The notes under the pieces are model-generated. The model did no database searches, had not been told where the DNA came from, and saw only the letters and a program-made list of their open reading frames with translations. Below, piece after piece: positions 49,791 through 62,825 of a stretch of DNA of 64,000 bases (position 1 is the stretch's first letter; each line of letters opens with the position of its first letter). The stretch comes from Mytilus trossulus (taxonomy: Eukaryota): the NCBI RefSeq assembly GCF_036588685.1, contig NC_086386.1, positions 43,710,001 to 43,774,000 of the forward strand, given 5' to 3'. The position numbers were made by a program, and so were the translations under genes.

Positions 49791-51141
49791 CATGAATAAA
49801 CTGTTACAGGAATTAGGAGAGCATTACAAAACTGACACACATATCACTATCATCATAACCAAAAAATTACAAAAAGTAAGAACAAGAAAAGTTGAAAAAT
49901 GTAAAAGGCCAAAAAATAAGACTCGCAAATATGGAAGTCATGAAAAAAATGAAAATGAAAATGGGATATTGTAATACTGAAGAAGTTATGTATTACATTA
50001 GATAAAAAAAAATTGTGAATAAATAAAGAAAGAAAAAAAGTAAATGGAAATGTATTTAATAGTTACGTAGGAATCTATGGACGATAACTGTGTCCTTGGA
50101 CCAATTATTTGTAGATGTTGTAAATGACCCAACTTAATATCAGCCTCAAAGTTAATATGATATAAAGATTGTCATTGCTTTAGTCAATACAATTGGTTTG
50201 CCCCCTTTAAAGTGGAATATTTTTGCACTTTTTGACAAAAAACAAAATAAAAGATGAAAATGAATGATGAGCACTGACTTACTACTAGACAATAAGAAGT
50301 TTTGTTTCCTTCGCACTTTCAAATATTTGTCCCTTCTTTTCAGTCTATTCTAACTCCATTGCTTTATTATTTACTAGATATTATACTCGACTAACGTTCT
50401 TTTTTTAAAACACCCTTAAACTGGGTAGACCCAGCATTCCGACATCTTAATCAGCATGTTTGACTGAAAAGACCACAAGTTCTGTGATATGTATTATCAA
50501 CTTTTTAAATATTTTTTCAAACAAAGTAAAACAAAATAAAATATCATTGCAACAATAAATAATTATCAAAAATCATGATTCACAACAAAAGTAACAAAAA
50601 CAGTCTTAAGCTAAGCAAAAAAACGCTATAATCATTCGGTTAACATTATTATGGGTAATAAATGTGAAAACGTATTATGCAGACTATAGCTTGCATACAC
50701 ACATACAACTGATACAAAAAAAAACTTCCGTTAGTAATTCCTGGGTCTTCCTTGGGAACTAGATATTATACCTGGCCATTATGTGAAGGAATACATATGA
50801 ATTCAAAGCATTCAGTATCGAGGACATTTTAGAGAAGAATGTAAATTGATTCAGGTTAAGTGTGCTAACTTAAAGTTTACTACGAAATGTCTCGATGCTC
50901 TGATTTCCTATTACTTCAGAGAAAAAAGTGATCAGCCTTTCATGGAACACACGATAGTATTGACGAAAGCATAAACCGAAGAACGGTTTGACATTGATCA
51001 GTAAACCCCTGCTATAGAAGATATATCCCAAACTGACTTATTATAAACTTACAATGAACATTTAATTCAAAAAGTTCATAACCCAGTTTCCCCTCAGTTG
51101 ATACACGTGACATGCTACCACTATCATACAAAGCTCACGTT

Positions 51142-52938
51142 CTAATTGTTTTGAGGACCAGTGTGACCCTTTGTTGCGAAGGGGATGCACACTTTTTTCA
51201 ATTCTTCCATTTTGTCCTCATATTCTTCTTTCTCTGCAAACAAATTATTATCAAGCCAAATTAGTGACTCTTCACAAGCCTGTTTAACACTAAATATATA
51301 GTGTTCCAGTTTATTTCTTGCTGCAAGAGCCTGCTTTTGTTTATCATCTTCTTTTTTATACGTCTCAGCATCGGAAACCATTCGTTCAATTTCCTCTTGA
51401 CTGAGTCTTTCTGTGTTATTTGTGATTGTAATTTTCTTTGAATTTCTATTGCATTTGTCTATAGCTAAAACAGTAAAAAGTCCATTTGCATCAAAATCAA
51501 ATTCTACATCAATTGTAGTCACACCTCGGGGGGCCAGAGGTATACCATCCAGATCAAATTTTCCAAGACATTTATTGTCTTTTGCCTTGTCTCTGTCACC
51601 TTCAAAAACCTGAATCATCATTGCGGGTTGCTGGTCCGAATACGTCGTAAATGTCTGTGTTACACTTATAGGGATCCTTGTATTCTTTCCAATTAGTTTG
51701 GTCATTACACCACCTGCAGTTTCAATTCCCAGAGAGAAAGGAGCTACGTCGATTAAAAGTACATCTTTGATGGTGTCGCTGCGATCGCCTGACAGGATAG
51801 CAGCTTGGACGGCTGCACCGTAAGCAACAGCTTCATCCGGATTGACCGATTTATTAAGTTCTTTTCCATTCATAAATTCTGACAGCAAGTTCTGTATTTT
51901 TGGTATCCGTGTAGAACCTCCTACAAGTACAATTTCGTCAATACTACTTTTATCAAGCTTGGCCTCTTTTAGCGCCTTTTCTACAGGTATAAGTGTACCC
52001 CTGAACAAATCTGCACACAGTTCTTCAAATTGTGCTCTAGTTATCTTTGTGTAAAAGTTTATATCTCCATACAAAGAATCACACTCCACATTTGCCTCTG
52101 TACTGCTTGATAAAGTTTTCTTGGCTTTCTCACAAGCTGTTCTCAGTTTTCGTTTTGCACGATCATCGCGCGAAATGTCTTTTTTATATTTTCTTTTAAA
52201 TTCATTTAAAAAATGATTGACCAATCTGTTGTCAAAGTCTCTGCCTCCAAGTCGACTATCACCGACTGAAGAACGAACCTCGAACAATGAACTCTCATGT
52301 ATCGTAATAATTGAAACATCAAATCCTCCTCCTCCCAAATCAAACATTAGGACGAGTTGTTCGCCAGATAATGTTTTGTCAAGACCGTAAGCTAAAGCAG
52401 CAGCAATTGGTTCATTTATTATCCGTAGGACATTAAGTCCTGCAATAAAAGCAGCATCTTTTGTGGCTAGTCTTTGAGAAAAACTAAAGTATGCTGGCAC
52501 TGTGATGACGGCATCTGTAACTTTCATTCCGAGATAATCTTCAGCTGTTTCTTTCATCTTTACCAATATCATCGAACTTATTTCCTCCGAGGTAAATGTT
52601 TTTGTTTTGCCTTTGTGTTCAGCTTGTAGTTTTGGCTTGCCTTCACATGCGATGACTTTGAATGGCCAAAATTTCATATTTGACTGTACTTCCAAATTAC
52701 TAAATTTTCTGCCGATCAGTCTTTTGACATCAAAAATTGTATTTGAGGCATTCACTGCAATTTTGTTTTTAGCTGCATTACCAACCAGTCTTTCAGTATT
52801 CGTGAAAGCCACATAACTTGGAGTTGTTCTGTTCCCCTGGTCGTTGGCAATGATGTCTACTTTGCCATGCTGGAAAACACCAACACAAGAGTACGTTGTT
52901 CCTAGATCAATTCCGATAGCTTGACATTTTCCTGCCAT
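51142..52938 (-). CDS. hsp70: Heat shock protein 70, intronless CDS, atypical (598 aa, shortened lid, no EEVD)
   Basis: [34 protein letters not shown] signatures, DVLLIDV linker, SBD; open from ATG to TAG; likely 5'UTR intron acceptor tttacAG at ~52956. Confidence 0.97.
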   Translation of the reverse strand: MAGKCQAIGIDLGTTYSCVGVFQHGKVDIIANDQGNRTTPSYVAFTNTERLVGNAAKNKIAVNASNTIFDVKRLIGRKFSNLEVQSNMKFWPFKVIACEGKPKLQAEHKGKTKTFTSEEISSMILVKMKETAEDYLGMKVTDAVITVPAYFSFSQRLATKDAAFIAGLNVLRIINEPIAAALAYGLDKTLSGEQLVLMFDLGGGGFDVSIITIHESSLFEVRSSVGDSRLGGRDFDNRLVNHFLNEFKRKYKKDISRDDRAKRKLRTACEKAKKTLSSSTEANVECDSLYGDINFYTKITRAQFEELCADLFRGTLIPVEKALKEAKLDKSSIDEIVLVGGSTRIPKIQNLLSEFMNGKELNKSVNPDEAVAYGAAVQAAILSGDRSDTIKDVLLIDVAPFSLGIETAGGVMTKLIGKNTRIPISVTQTFTTYSDQQPAMMIQVFEGDRDKAKDNKCLGKFDLDGIPLAPRGVTTIDVEFDFDANGLFTVLAIDKCNRNSKKITITNNTERLSQEEIERMVSDAETYKKEDDKQKQALAARNKLEHYIFSVKQACEESLIWLDNNLFAEKEEYEDKMEELKKVCIPFATKGHTGPQNN

Positions 52939-53984
52939 ATTTGTCTACTATCGGTCTGTAAATGAAATATTCAATCTTATCAAAATCTGAAAAAATGTAC
53001 TGATATTGAAAATTGTCTTATCGTACATTAATCTCTCTATGGCCTGTGCGTATACGACCTTTACCATGAGCCTCTCGTTATAACTTCAGCAATCACAAAG
53101 CTAGAACGAGTAGAAAAACATGATAAATAAAAAGGTTATAACAATCGTGCACTGGAAGGTAGATTCTGCCAGGAAAAAAATAACACCAAATCATTTAATG
53201 GTTGTTATGATAAAGTTCAATTAAAAAATAAAAACAAATACATACAATATGGTAAAACAAATTTACATCCATCTACCAACTCGATTATTTATCAAGTGCT
53301 CCATGATTTTGTGTTGTGGTAAACTCTTAAAATGTGCTGTTCCAAGTACCAAGTCAGGAATATGGCAGTTGTTATCTTAAATTTCGTTTCTATGTGTGTT
53401 GCATTATCGCACTTTAGTTTTTCTATCGTTTCGTTGTTTTCCTCTTATACCCCGGATTTTATTTCTCTCAATCGATTTATGACTTTCGAACAGCGGTATA
53501 CTACTGTTGCCTTTATTTGACAAAACACAAGTTAATAAACAGCTAACGTTTTCGGAAACAATCAATGAATGACGATTATTTGCAATGGATTCTTAATCAA
53601 TGTAAAATGACGTGCATAAAGGACTAGTTTAGCATATATGCATGCATAAGTTCAATGATTTCCTTAACATTAAATTTACAAGAAACTCGTTTTATATGAC
53701 TTGATGCATTTTTTCTATTGATGGCAAGCGTGCATAATAGTTGAATGTTTTAATGAAATCTCTATAGTACGCACAACACTTTAACCTGATGACACGAAAA
53801 AAAAGTGTTTTTTTTAATAATATATTACTGATAAACATAGCAATATTCGTATCGTCAAAATAATTTGTTTCAAAATAGAGATAGGCCAATGATAAAGGCA
53901 ACATTATTTTTTTATAATTAGTTGAGTAAATAGACTAAAATAAGTTCTATCTTACTACATTGTTCTAAGGGCAAATGCAAAAGA

Positions 53985-54211
53985 AAAGTAATATATTTGG
54001 TTAGCTTGCTTGCTAGGTTAACCGTGAAGTCATTATTATGTAAGGTATACTACCCTCCTTTCGAAGTAGCCTAGTCCTACATACACATGATACAGATCAT
54101 GGAATTGGTTATCTGTTAGACTAGTCTACTCTTAAAGGAGGGTAGTAAACTTAATCTTATAATGACTTTACGGTTCGACTAGCAAGCAAGCTAACCAAAG
54201 ATATTACCTTT
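53985..54211. mobile_element. Foldback (almost entirely palindromic) MITE-like element
   Basis: TTTGGTTAGCTTGCTTGCTAG / CTAGCAAGCAAGCTAACCAAA and TACTACCCTCCTTT / AAAGGAGGGTAGTA arm pairs. Confidence 0.75.
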
Positions 54212-55340
54212 AGGTACACACTCAATGAAACAACAAGAATTAGAACATGTCAGAATTATAGCTCTAATAACTTACACATAGTGTGAATAAGCATCATACA
54301 CCAGTTGTTATAAAGCATAAAAATATGAAAATGAAATTTGACATACCAAATACTGAAATATTATTTTATAGCCGTTTCACTTCTTTCCTTTGCAGTTTTT
54401 TGAAGCCAAAACGAAAGTTCGCGTTATTTCCGGTGATAACATGTTTAAAATTAGAACATTGATTAAGAACGATAGTCTGTGTCATAAATCTTTCTGAAGT
54501 ATGATAAGATACAATGATATGGAAAAAATATGTTTGTTGTTAATTTGTGTCATTTTGGTATCTTGTGGAGAGTTGTCTCATTGGCAATCATACCACGTCT
54601 TTTTTTTTATATTTGGAATAATATCTCAAAACGATTGTTATCCGAATAATTATTTACATCGAACATTAACGGGTTACGCCTAGAATGTGTGTTTTACTTT
54701 CCACTGCTGAACTTTCTATAGAGTCTATCAGTTTAATTAGGCGTAAAAACCATTGATGAATAGTAAAAAGTTAGATATTCGCACCTACATTATTGCTTCT
54801 GTACTTGCGTTGAACATACTAGAACAGGCAGAGCAGTGCTTAATCACGCTTAATATCTTTCAGTTTAAAAACATACAAGTTTTCAATCGAAGCAAATTAT
54901 ACTGTTACTTAAAGAAACTTTTTCTAGAAAAAAAGAATCAAAAAGCTTATTTTAGAAAAATAATATCCCTCCCCTACAAGAAAATTATGAATTGTGTGCG
55001 TATTGATGGTTACAAAGGGGCAATATTCATAAACATCAAATCGGGAGCAAACAAATCAGATGCATCCATGTAAATTCTTAAACTTTAATCTATTTTCAAT
55101 CATGTTTTCAAGATTACAAAAGAACTTTGTGTCATTTTGTTTTTTTGTGGATAGTTGTCTCATTGGCAATCATACCACATCTTCTTTATATATTGACGCT
55201 GTGTTAAAAAAACAGGTCAAAATTTAACTTTCAACAGCAATCGAGAATATATAAAATCAGCACCAGTCTGTATTGTATTTATATTTTAGAGTAAATGTCC
55301 TTCGACTTAGAGTATAAAAACCGAACTAACTTATAATCAT

Positions 55341-56180
55341 ATAGCAGGGACAGGGGCAGCAATTATTAATGATCTTGGAACAACCTACTCGTGTGTTTAA
55401 GTTTTCAAGCATGGAAAAGTAGACATCATTGCGAACGACCAGGGAAACAGAACAACTCCAAGTCATGTGGCTTTCACCGACATTGAAAGACTAGTTGTTT
55501 AGTTAAAAACCAATTCACAATGAATGCTACAAATACAATTTTGATTGCCAGTAACTGGTCGGCAGCTATTTCAGTGAATACACAGTTTAGTCAGACATGA
55601 AGCACCGACCCTTCAAATAATTAAAAGTGGAGACAAGACATAAATTACCTGCTAAAAGCAAAGGAGATACACAAATATTTACCCCAGGAGAAATAAATTC
55701 AATGGTAAGAAAATTACAAACACCATCATAACAGTACCTGCATACTTTAATCACTCGCAAAGATTAACCTCACATTATCCTGATTATATTTCATAAATCA
55801 ACGTACTGCGAATAATAAACGAACCACCAGGTGCTGATTCAGCTTATGGTCTGGACAAGAAATGATCAGGCATGGATAGCATGTTTATATTTGATTTGGG
55901 AGAGAAACATTGGATTCAAGATATTCATTCGATTGACGATGGTTCATTGTTCGGAGTTCCCTTCCCCGACGGCTTTTATCACCTTTAAGGCGGAGACTTT
56001 GACATAAGAATTGTCAATCATTTTGCAATTGCAATTGAGAGAGAGAGAGCAGCAAAGCCATTTCTGGTAAAAAAAATCTCGTTCTTAGAATAATGAGAAA
56101 TGCTTGTAAGAAAAAACGAAAGCATTATCAAGCAGAACATAGGCAACCGTGTAATTCGACTCATTGTTTTAGTGAGAAAA
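55341..56180 (+). pseudogene. hsp70: Heavily degraded HSP70 pseudogene (N-terminal ~290 codons), opposite strand
   Basis: ATA(start lost)[50 protein letters not shown]; IITVPAYFNHSQR; NVLRIINEP; AYGLDK; DFDIRIVNHF; stops and frameshifts; not in the ORF track. Confidence 0.9.
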
Positions 56181-57778
56181 ATTTCTACAAAAAAAGGAAA
56201 CCAAAAATGAATAAATTGCAAAGTGTTGGACAATTCCTAAAGTTTCGTAGTATACAAATACTAGTATATAAAGAAAATGATTTATTAATTGTGCTTTTTA
56301 TGATTCATGAATATTCATAAATACACGATTTTAAAACGAACATTTCACAATGTCATTGTGTTAAGGCAGAGCTTATTATTTAGTTTTCTATGTTGTGTCA
56401 TGTGTACTATTTTTTGTCTGTTTGTCTTTTTCATTTTAATCCATGGCGTTGTCATTTTATTTTGATATACGAGTTTGACTGTCCCTCTGGTTTCTTTCGC
56501 CCCTCTTTTATGAGGTTTATAAAGTTTCATAAATGGATTGATTCATAATGACGATGTCACAAACTCGTGGTGTTTATAAGCACAGTTCGCAAAACTTAAT
56601 AAGTTCAAGAATCTAGAATGCACAACCACATGATAGCAGTGTAAAGTGGTGTTCATGAATTTAAATTTGTTATAACTTATACTCCATACCCCTTTCCCTT
56701 CTGGAGCACCTGAGATTAACCTCTTTTTTGATGGGGTTCGTGTTGCTTAGTTTTCAGTTTTTTTATGTTGTGGTTTGTGTTCTTTTGTTTGTTTGTCTTT
56801 TTTCTTTTTTGGCCATGGCGTTGTCAGTTTATTTTCGATCAATGAGTTTGAATATCCCTTATCCATATGGAATCTTCAAAACTCTTCGATCAACATTATT
56901 TTCAACAACCAGATTGGGACATAACGATCCATTTGGTAAAATGATTTTGTAGTAATCATTTAAGGTTTCGAAGATAAAGGTTTCGAAGAAGTAGTCTGCA
57001 CGAGAAAAAAAACCCAATGTTCATGTGGATAACTCTTACAAAGAAAGGTCTCGGTTAAGCGTGGTCAGTTTGAAAAGCATATAAACCATTCGAAATCATG
57101 TACCAAGATCTAGTCAACTTTGAATAACACATATACAGCGCAAAAAAACAAAAAAGTCGAATGAAGAAAACAAAACAAAACAAAACGAAATCAAAACGTC
57201 TTTCCACGGAAAAGATATTAGACTTAAATATCTCATGCAATCCCGCCATATTTAATTATTTTTTTACAAATATTCGATTAAAAGGAAGTACTAGAGTGTA
57301 CCTGAAAATGAATCACAGGGTATGATGATCAAATAAAGCTTGATAACAAATAAGGAAGCTATTACTATTATTATATATAAAGTTTATGAAAATGTCATAC
57401 GTGGACATTTTGTGTTAGATTACATTATAATTCGAATCAGTATTTGGTAACCAGAAGCTGTGATGAGAAGAATGTAAAAACGTTTCACACGTGTACATGC
57501 TCAAATAAATCATGCAAAACAATATCGGAAAAACTCTGATTACCTGGTGAGTAAAGGCTAATCTTTCATGGGAACAATATACGGACGAACAGAAACTTTT
57601 TTTATAGAATGGAAAGGTGTTAATTGGAGACCCTCTCCTTTATGAGTAGAAATATCGATATTTAACAAACTGGCCATTCGGAAATTTAGTCATATGTTTT
57701 CACATATGTTCCTGTGAAGAGCATTTACAGTCATTTTATCATCAGACCTATTTGTTATACCACTGTGATGTTTCAATA

Positions 57779-59521
57779 TTAAAAGTTGCACGCTTTTTGT
57801 ATTTTTTTCATTTCATTCTCGTATTCTTCTTTCTCCGCCAGAGAAGTATTATCAAGCCAATTGAGTGACTCTTCAAAAGCCTGTTTCACATGAAATGTAT
57901 AGTGTTCAAGATGATTTCTTGCTGTGAGACACTGCTTTCGTTTTTCATCTTCTTCTTTATATTTCGCAGCATCGGAAACCATTCGATCGATTTCCGCGTT
58001 ACTAAGCCTTCCTCTATCATTTGTTCTGGTTATTTTCGTTGAATTTCCAGTGCTTTGGTCTATAGCCGAAACATTCAAAAGTCATATACATCAATAGCAA
58101 ACTTCACTTCAATCTTGGGTTCACCGCGAGGATTTGGAGGTATACCAGTAAGATCGACTTTTCCAAGAAAATTATTGTCTTTTGTCATTGCCCTTTCACC
58201 TTCAAAAACAACAATACTGAATGAAGGTTGATTATCTGAATACGTTGAAAATAGCTTTGAAACCTTAACAGGGATATTTGTATTTCTTTGAATCACTTTG
58301 GTCATGACGCCACCAGGAGTTTCAATACCAACGGACTAAGGAGTTACGTCAAATAAAAGTATATCTTTTATGATGTCATTATGACTGCCTGGTAGTATAG
58401 CTGCTTGGACATCTGCACCACAAGCAACAGCTTCATCAGGATTGACAGATTTATTAAGTTCTTTCCCATTCATAAATTTAGATAGTATTGTCTGTATTTT
58501 TTGGTATCCTTGTAGAACCTCCTACAAGTACAATTTCGTCAATACTACGTTTATCAAGTTTAGCGTCTCTTAACACCTTTTTAACAGGTTCAAATGTTCC
58601 TCTGAACAAATCTGCACACAGTTCTACAAATCGTGTTCTTGTTATCTTTGAGTGAAAGTTTATATCCTCAAACAAAGAATCGCACAATGCAATTACCTCT
58701 GTACTGCTGGATAATGTTCTCTTGGCTTTCTCACAAGCTGTTCTCAGTTTTCTGATTGCAGAAATATCCAATTTTATACTTTCTCTTGAACTCATTTACA
58801 AAATGATTAACCATTCTGTTGTCAAAATCATAGCCTCCAAGGTGACTATTTCCGGCTGATGAGCGAACCTCTAACAATGACCATCAACAATTGTAACAAT
58901 TAACACGTCGAATGCTCCTCCTCCAAAATCAAATATTTAGACGTTTTCCTCGCCTGATAAATTCCTGTCAAGACTGTATGCTAAAGCAGCAGCTATTGAC
59001 TCGTTCATCATTTGCAGTACATTAAGTCCTGCAATAAAACATGCATCCTTTGTGGCTAGTCTTTGAGAATTATTAAAGTGTGCAGGTACTGTAATGACGG
59101 CATCTGTAACTTTCTGTCCGAGATAAGCTTCAGCGGTTTCTTTCATTCTTACCAATACCATTGAACTTATTTCCTCTGGGGAAAATGTCATTGTTTCTGC
59201 TTTGTATTCAGCTTGTATATTTGCCTTGCATCCTTTTTGGATTACTTTAAAGGGCCAATGTTTTATATTTGCCTGTATTGTTGAATCTTTAAAGTTTCTG
59301 GTAATAAATCTTTTGACATCGCAAATTGTATTTTCAGCATTCATAGCAATTTTATGTTTTGCTGCATCACCAACCAGTCTTTCAGTATCCGTGAAAGCCA
59401 CATAACTCGGAGTTCTTCTGTTTCCCTGGTCGTTGACAATTATTTCAACTTTTCCATGCTGGAAAACGCCAACACACGTTGTTCCTAAATCAATTCCAAT
59501 TGCTGGACTTTTTACTGACAT
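57779..59521 (-). pseudogene. hsp70: Full-length HSP70 pseudogene
   Basis: Collinear fragments from [15 protein letters not shown] to WLDNTSLAEKEEYE; nonsense codons at 58937 and ~58336, frameshifts near 58880, 58765, 58500 and 58077; YS deleted from GTTYSC. Confidence 0.93.
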
Positions 59522-61805
59522 ATCAAGTTATGTCACTTTTGTTTACTATAAATAATCTGAAAATAAAAAATTAAAAGTGGTAATGGCCGAAATTCAGCTA
59601 CCACGCCTTTAATTTTGTATATCAAACGTTCGCAAAACACAATGCCAAACCAGCTAAACTTTAATATGAAATTTCAAAAATAATTAAGCGCAATACTTAT
59701 AAATCTTAAACTCTTTGGGGGATAATATTGATTTGAAATAAATAATCTGAAAATCAGCAACTCTATCTAAAAAGGCTTGAGAGGGTCCCAACATGACTAG
59801 TGTAAAACAATTCAAACAGACGTCTTATTTATGTAAAAAAAAACCACAAGAAACGAGAAACACTTTTAAACCATACCAACAAATGAAAACTACTGAACAA
59901 CTGTTTCTTACTTCGGACATTTTCAAACAAATGCAGCGGGTTTAAAGGTTGTAATAGTGACCGACCTGCAACCTTAACTGAAACATTAGGAAACATTACA
60001 ACAAAGAAAATAGTAAGACAAACTATTACATATCAATTCAAATGACTTAACTTGACCAAAACGAAACACTGCTGTACCCATCATATTTTAACTTTAGTTT
60101 GTTATGTCTGTTTCGTTCATGCATCGTTGTAAATATAATGGAATTTAATGCGACTGTCAAAGACGTAAGAGGTTAAGCGCTATTAAAATGGTTCAATCCG
60201 CATTTTTTTTACATCTAAAAATGCCTGTACAAAGTCAGGAATATGACAGTTGTCGTCCATTCGTTTGATGTGTTTTGTCATTTGATTTTGACATTTGATT
60301 AGGGACTTGACAATTGAATTTTCCTCGGAGCTCAGTTTTTTTGTGATTTTACTATTTATTTACAAAGGCAATTACACATACACTGAACAAAACAAATTGC
60401 TCTATGATAAAATATGTAAAGCCATGTCAAAAGACAACTTCAACATGGGACAAAATGGTGTTGAATATGGTGTACGAAGATGTTTATAGTACGATAATAG
60501 AAGTGAATATTTATAAAACTTAATACTTTTTTAAGAACTTATTTTGTACATATTACAAATAATGAGACGAGATGTAACACAAAATAAGTAAACATTTATT
60601 AACAAAACTGCATTACAAGTTGTGTCAGCCGGTCAAATTCACACGAACGTACGATTCGAGAGTACTCACAGTTACTGGAAGCAAGTTAAAAGCCAAAAAC
60701 AATTAATATTAAAATAAAGTCAAGCATCAGAGACTTCAATCCACCTAAAACGCACCCCAGGGATTTAGTGTTAAGCGAAATGGTCAGTCAAATAAGACAT
60801 AAATTGTGCCATTCAAAAATATAGTTTGAACTCAACCTACAGATTTGTTTTCTTTTTAAGTCTTTTTTCCGATTGCCTATACGACCTTCAGAAGTAAACA
60901 TTGACCAAACTGTGTTTCTTTGTCTTTTAAGTACAACCTTATAGTTACAGCAGTCTATTCATACTGGCTGGAAGTAAATCTGACTTGATTGTCTTGCTAG
61001 GGAATTATAATTTATTATTTCTAACAAATGGGTGACCTGGGTTTTACAGACAAGATTTCTTTTGGCCATATTATACCTCATTTGTGTTCTTTAATCATGT
61101 ACGAGGACAATTAATACCTATACCCCATACCATTCACGTAGCAGAAATCAAAAGACTCCCACCTCCAACTGATATTGCCTACTTTTGCCCCTTTTTTGAA
61201 CGGTATCAAACTCTATAAAGCCCATTAAAGTTGCCATATTGCCATAAACGCAAATCTGAGAAGAGTTCATGGACCATGAATTGCAGGATTAATTATCCTA
61301 CTCTCAAGACACTTCAGCTGGGACAGTTATCAAAATGTATGGAGGGTCATACGGGCAATCAAATAACAGTGGTCGCCATCACGACGATTTGGGTTAAATG
61401 AATGGATAATTGCTCTCTGGCAGAGAAATGAACTTATGGTCAAAATAGAAGACCTGCAGAAAGTAGGTATACGACCGTCATGACAAAACTTCATTACGAT
61501 GCCAAAATAGACCATTAAATAGTACAGGGGAATTAAGCACCAACAATGGAATAAGTTGATTAAAACTTAACCGTAAATAAATAAAATGCACTTTGTAGAT
61601 GCATGACTACTTATTGTGTGCTATAATTACTGTTATTTACCTTGTTGTAAGCAGCTGATGTTGATTGATTAATGTTATCTTAAAGTTTTGAATATCTGTT
61701 TAAGTAATTTAACTTGTTACAAAAATGATAATGTTCATATATGTCATACATGAAAACATTAAATTACTGGTAGAGTCATCTCAAAGGCTAAGATGTTATT
61801 TTGCA

Positions 61806-62335
61806 TGCTAAAATTATAATCCTGGTATATGTGATGAGTTTTTACAACCTCCATGTATCTGCTGGTGGACGTTTCGTCATCGATGGTATAGCCGACAAAG
61901 TAGTACATGTAGTAAATAGAAATAGGAAGATGTGGTGTGAGTGCCAATGAGACAACTCTCCAGCATGTTTGTGTTGACATTGATTACCAGCATCTTCGTG
62001 TTGACAGTGATTATCAATGATGTTTTTTTGTAAAACTGTTTATGAAATCTTGAAAGATTAGAAAGGTATCAGGCTTATAATTTGATACGCCAGACGGGCA
62101 TTTTGCCTACACAAGACTCATCAGTGACAAAATATTTAGAAAGCCAAGTAAGTATAAAGTTTGAGAGCATTGAGGACCCAAACTCATGAAAAGATTGCAG
62201 ATGTCTTATTTCAATATTTTTTCTGGAAATGTTTGGATTAAATGCATGTCAACTTTGTACTTGATTTAGCCAGCTGTTTGTTTTATTTGATAGCCACTGA
62301 TGACTCTCATGTAGACGTTACCCTCGTCACATAAT
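61806..62335. mobile_element. Nested decayed retrozyme-like (hammerhead-containing) repeat fragments
   Basis: Two CTGATGA-stemII-(GAAA)-GTC cores in opposite orientation (62089-62128 minus; 62293-62330 plus), each preceded by similar sequence (...CAACTTTGTACTT / CAAACTTTATACTT). Confidence 0.6.
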
Positions 62336-62825
62336 TCTGTAAATGATTGAAGTCATGTTTCCTATAATGTTGTTGAGTTATCCTTCTTTGTTTATAACAT
62401 GGACAAATACAAATACGAAAACGGTCTTATTTAGGACCCATTTAGTATCATATTGAATAAAAAATTATCAAATTATATTTGACAATTTATTTTCACATGT
62501 AAAAGGTTACTTACTATGTCTCAGTTTGAAAGGAAAATCCTGAATGTAATCAACATTATGCACGACCCGATGTTTTCACAACTTATTTTGAGGTCAAATC
62601 CTTAAAATGGAACTCGTCGAGGACCATCTATCGTAGCACAGTTAGCACTATTTCCTGTCCTATTCACCAAACGTTAAGATGAGATATGACATAAAAATAT
62701 AATGTCAGATTATGTTGATATCTATATATACATAATTTACTTAGTTTACTAAGTAGCTGATTGCATAACCTTCAAATACACTGATGAGAAGAGAATGCAG
62801 CTATTCATGTATTATGTATTGCAAT

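Noticed and set aside
51413-52816. Plus-strand ORFs antisense to HSP70 (also 59202-59405)
   Set aside because: Short shadow ORFs of the coding strand.
53000-55330. Heat-shock elements and TATA boxes for the HSP70 genes
   Set aside because: Only isolated TTCTAGAA-type pairs; no clear three-unit nGAAn array, and the TSS is unknown.
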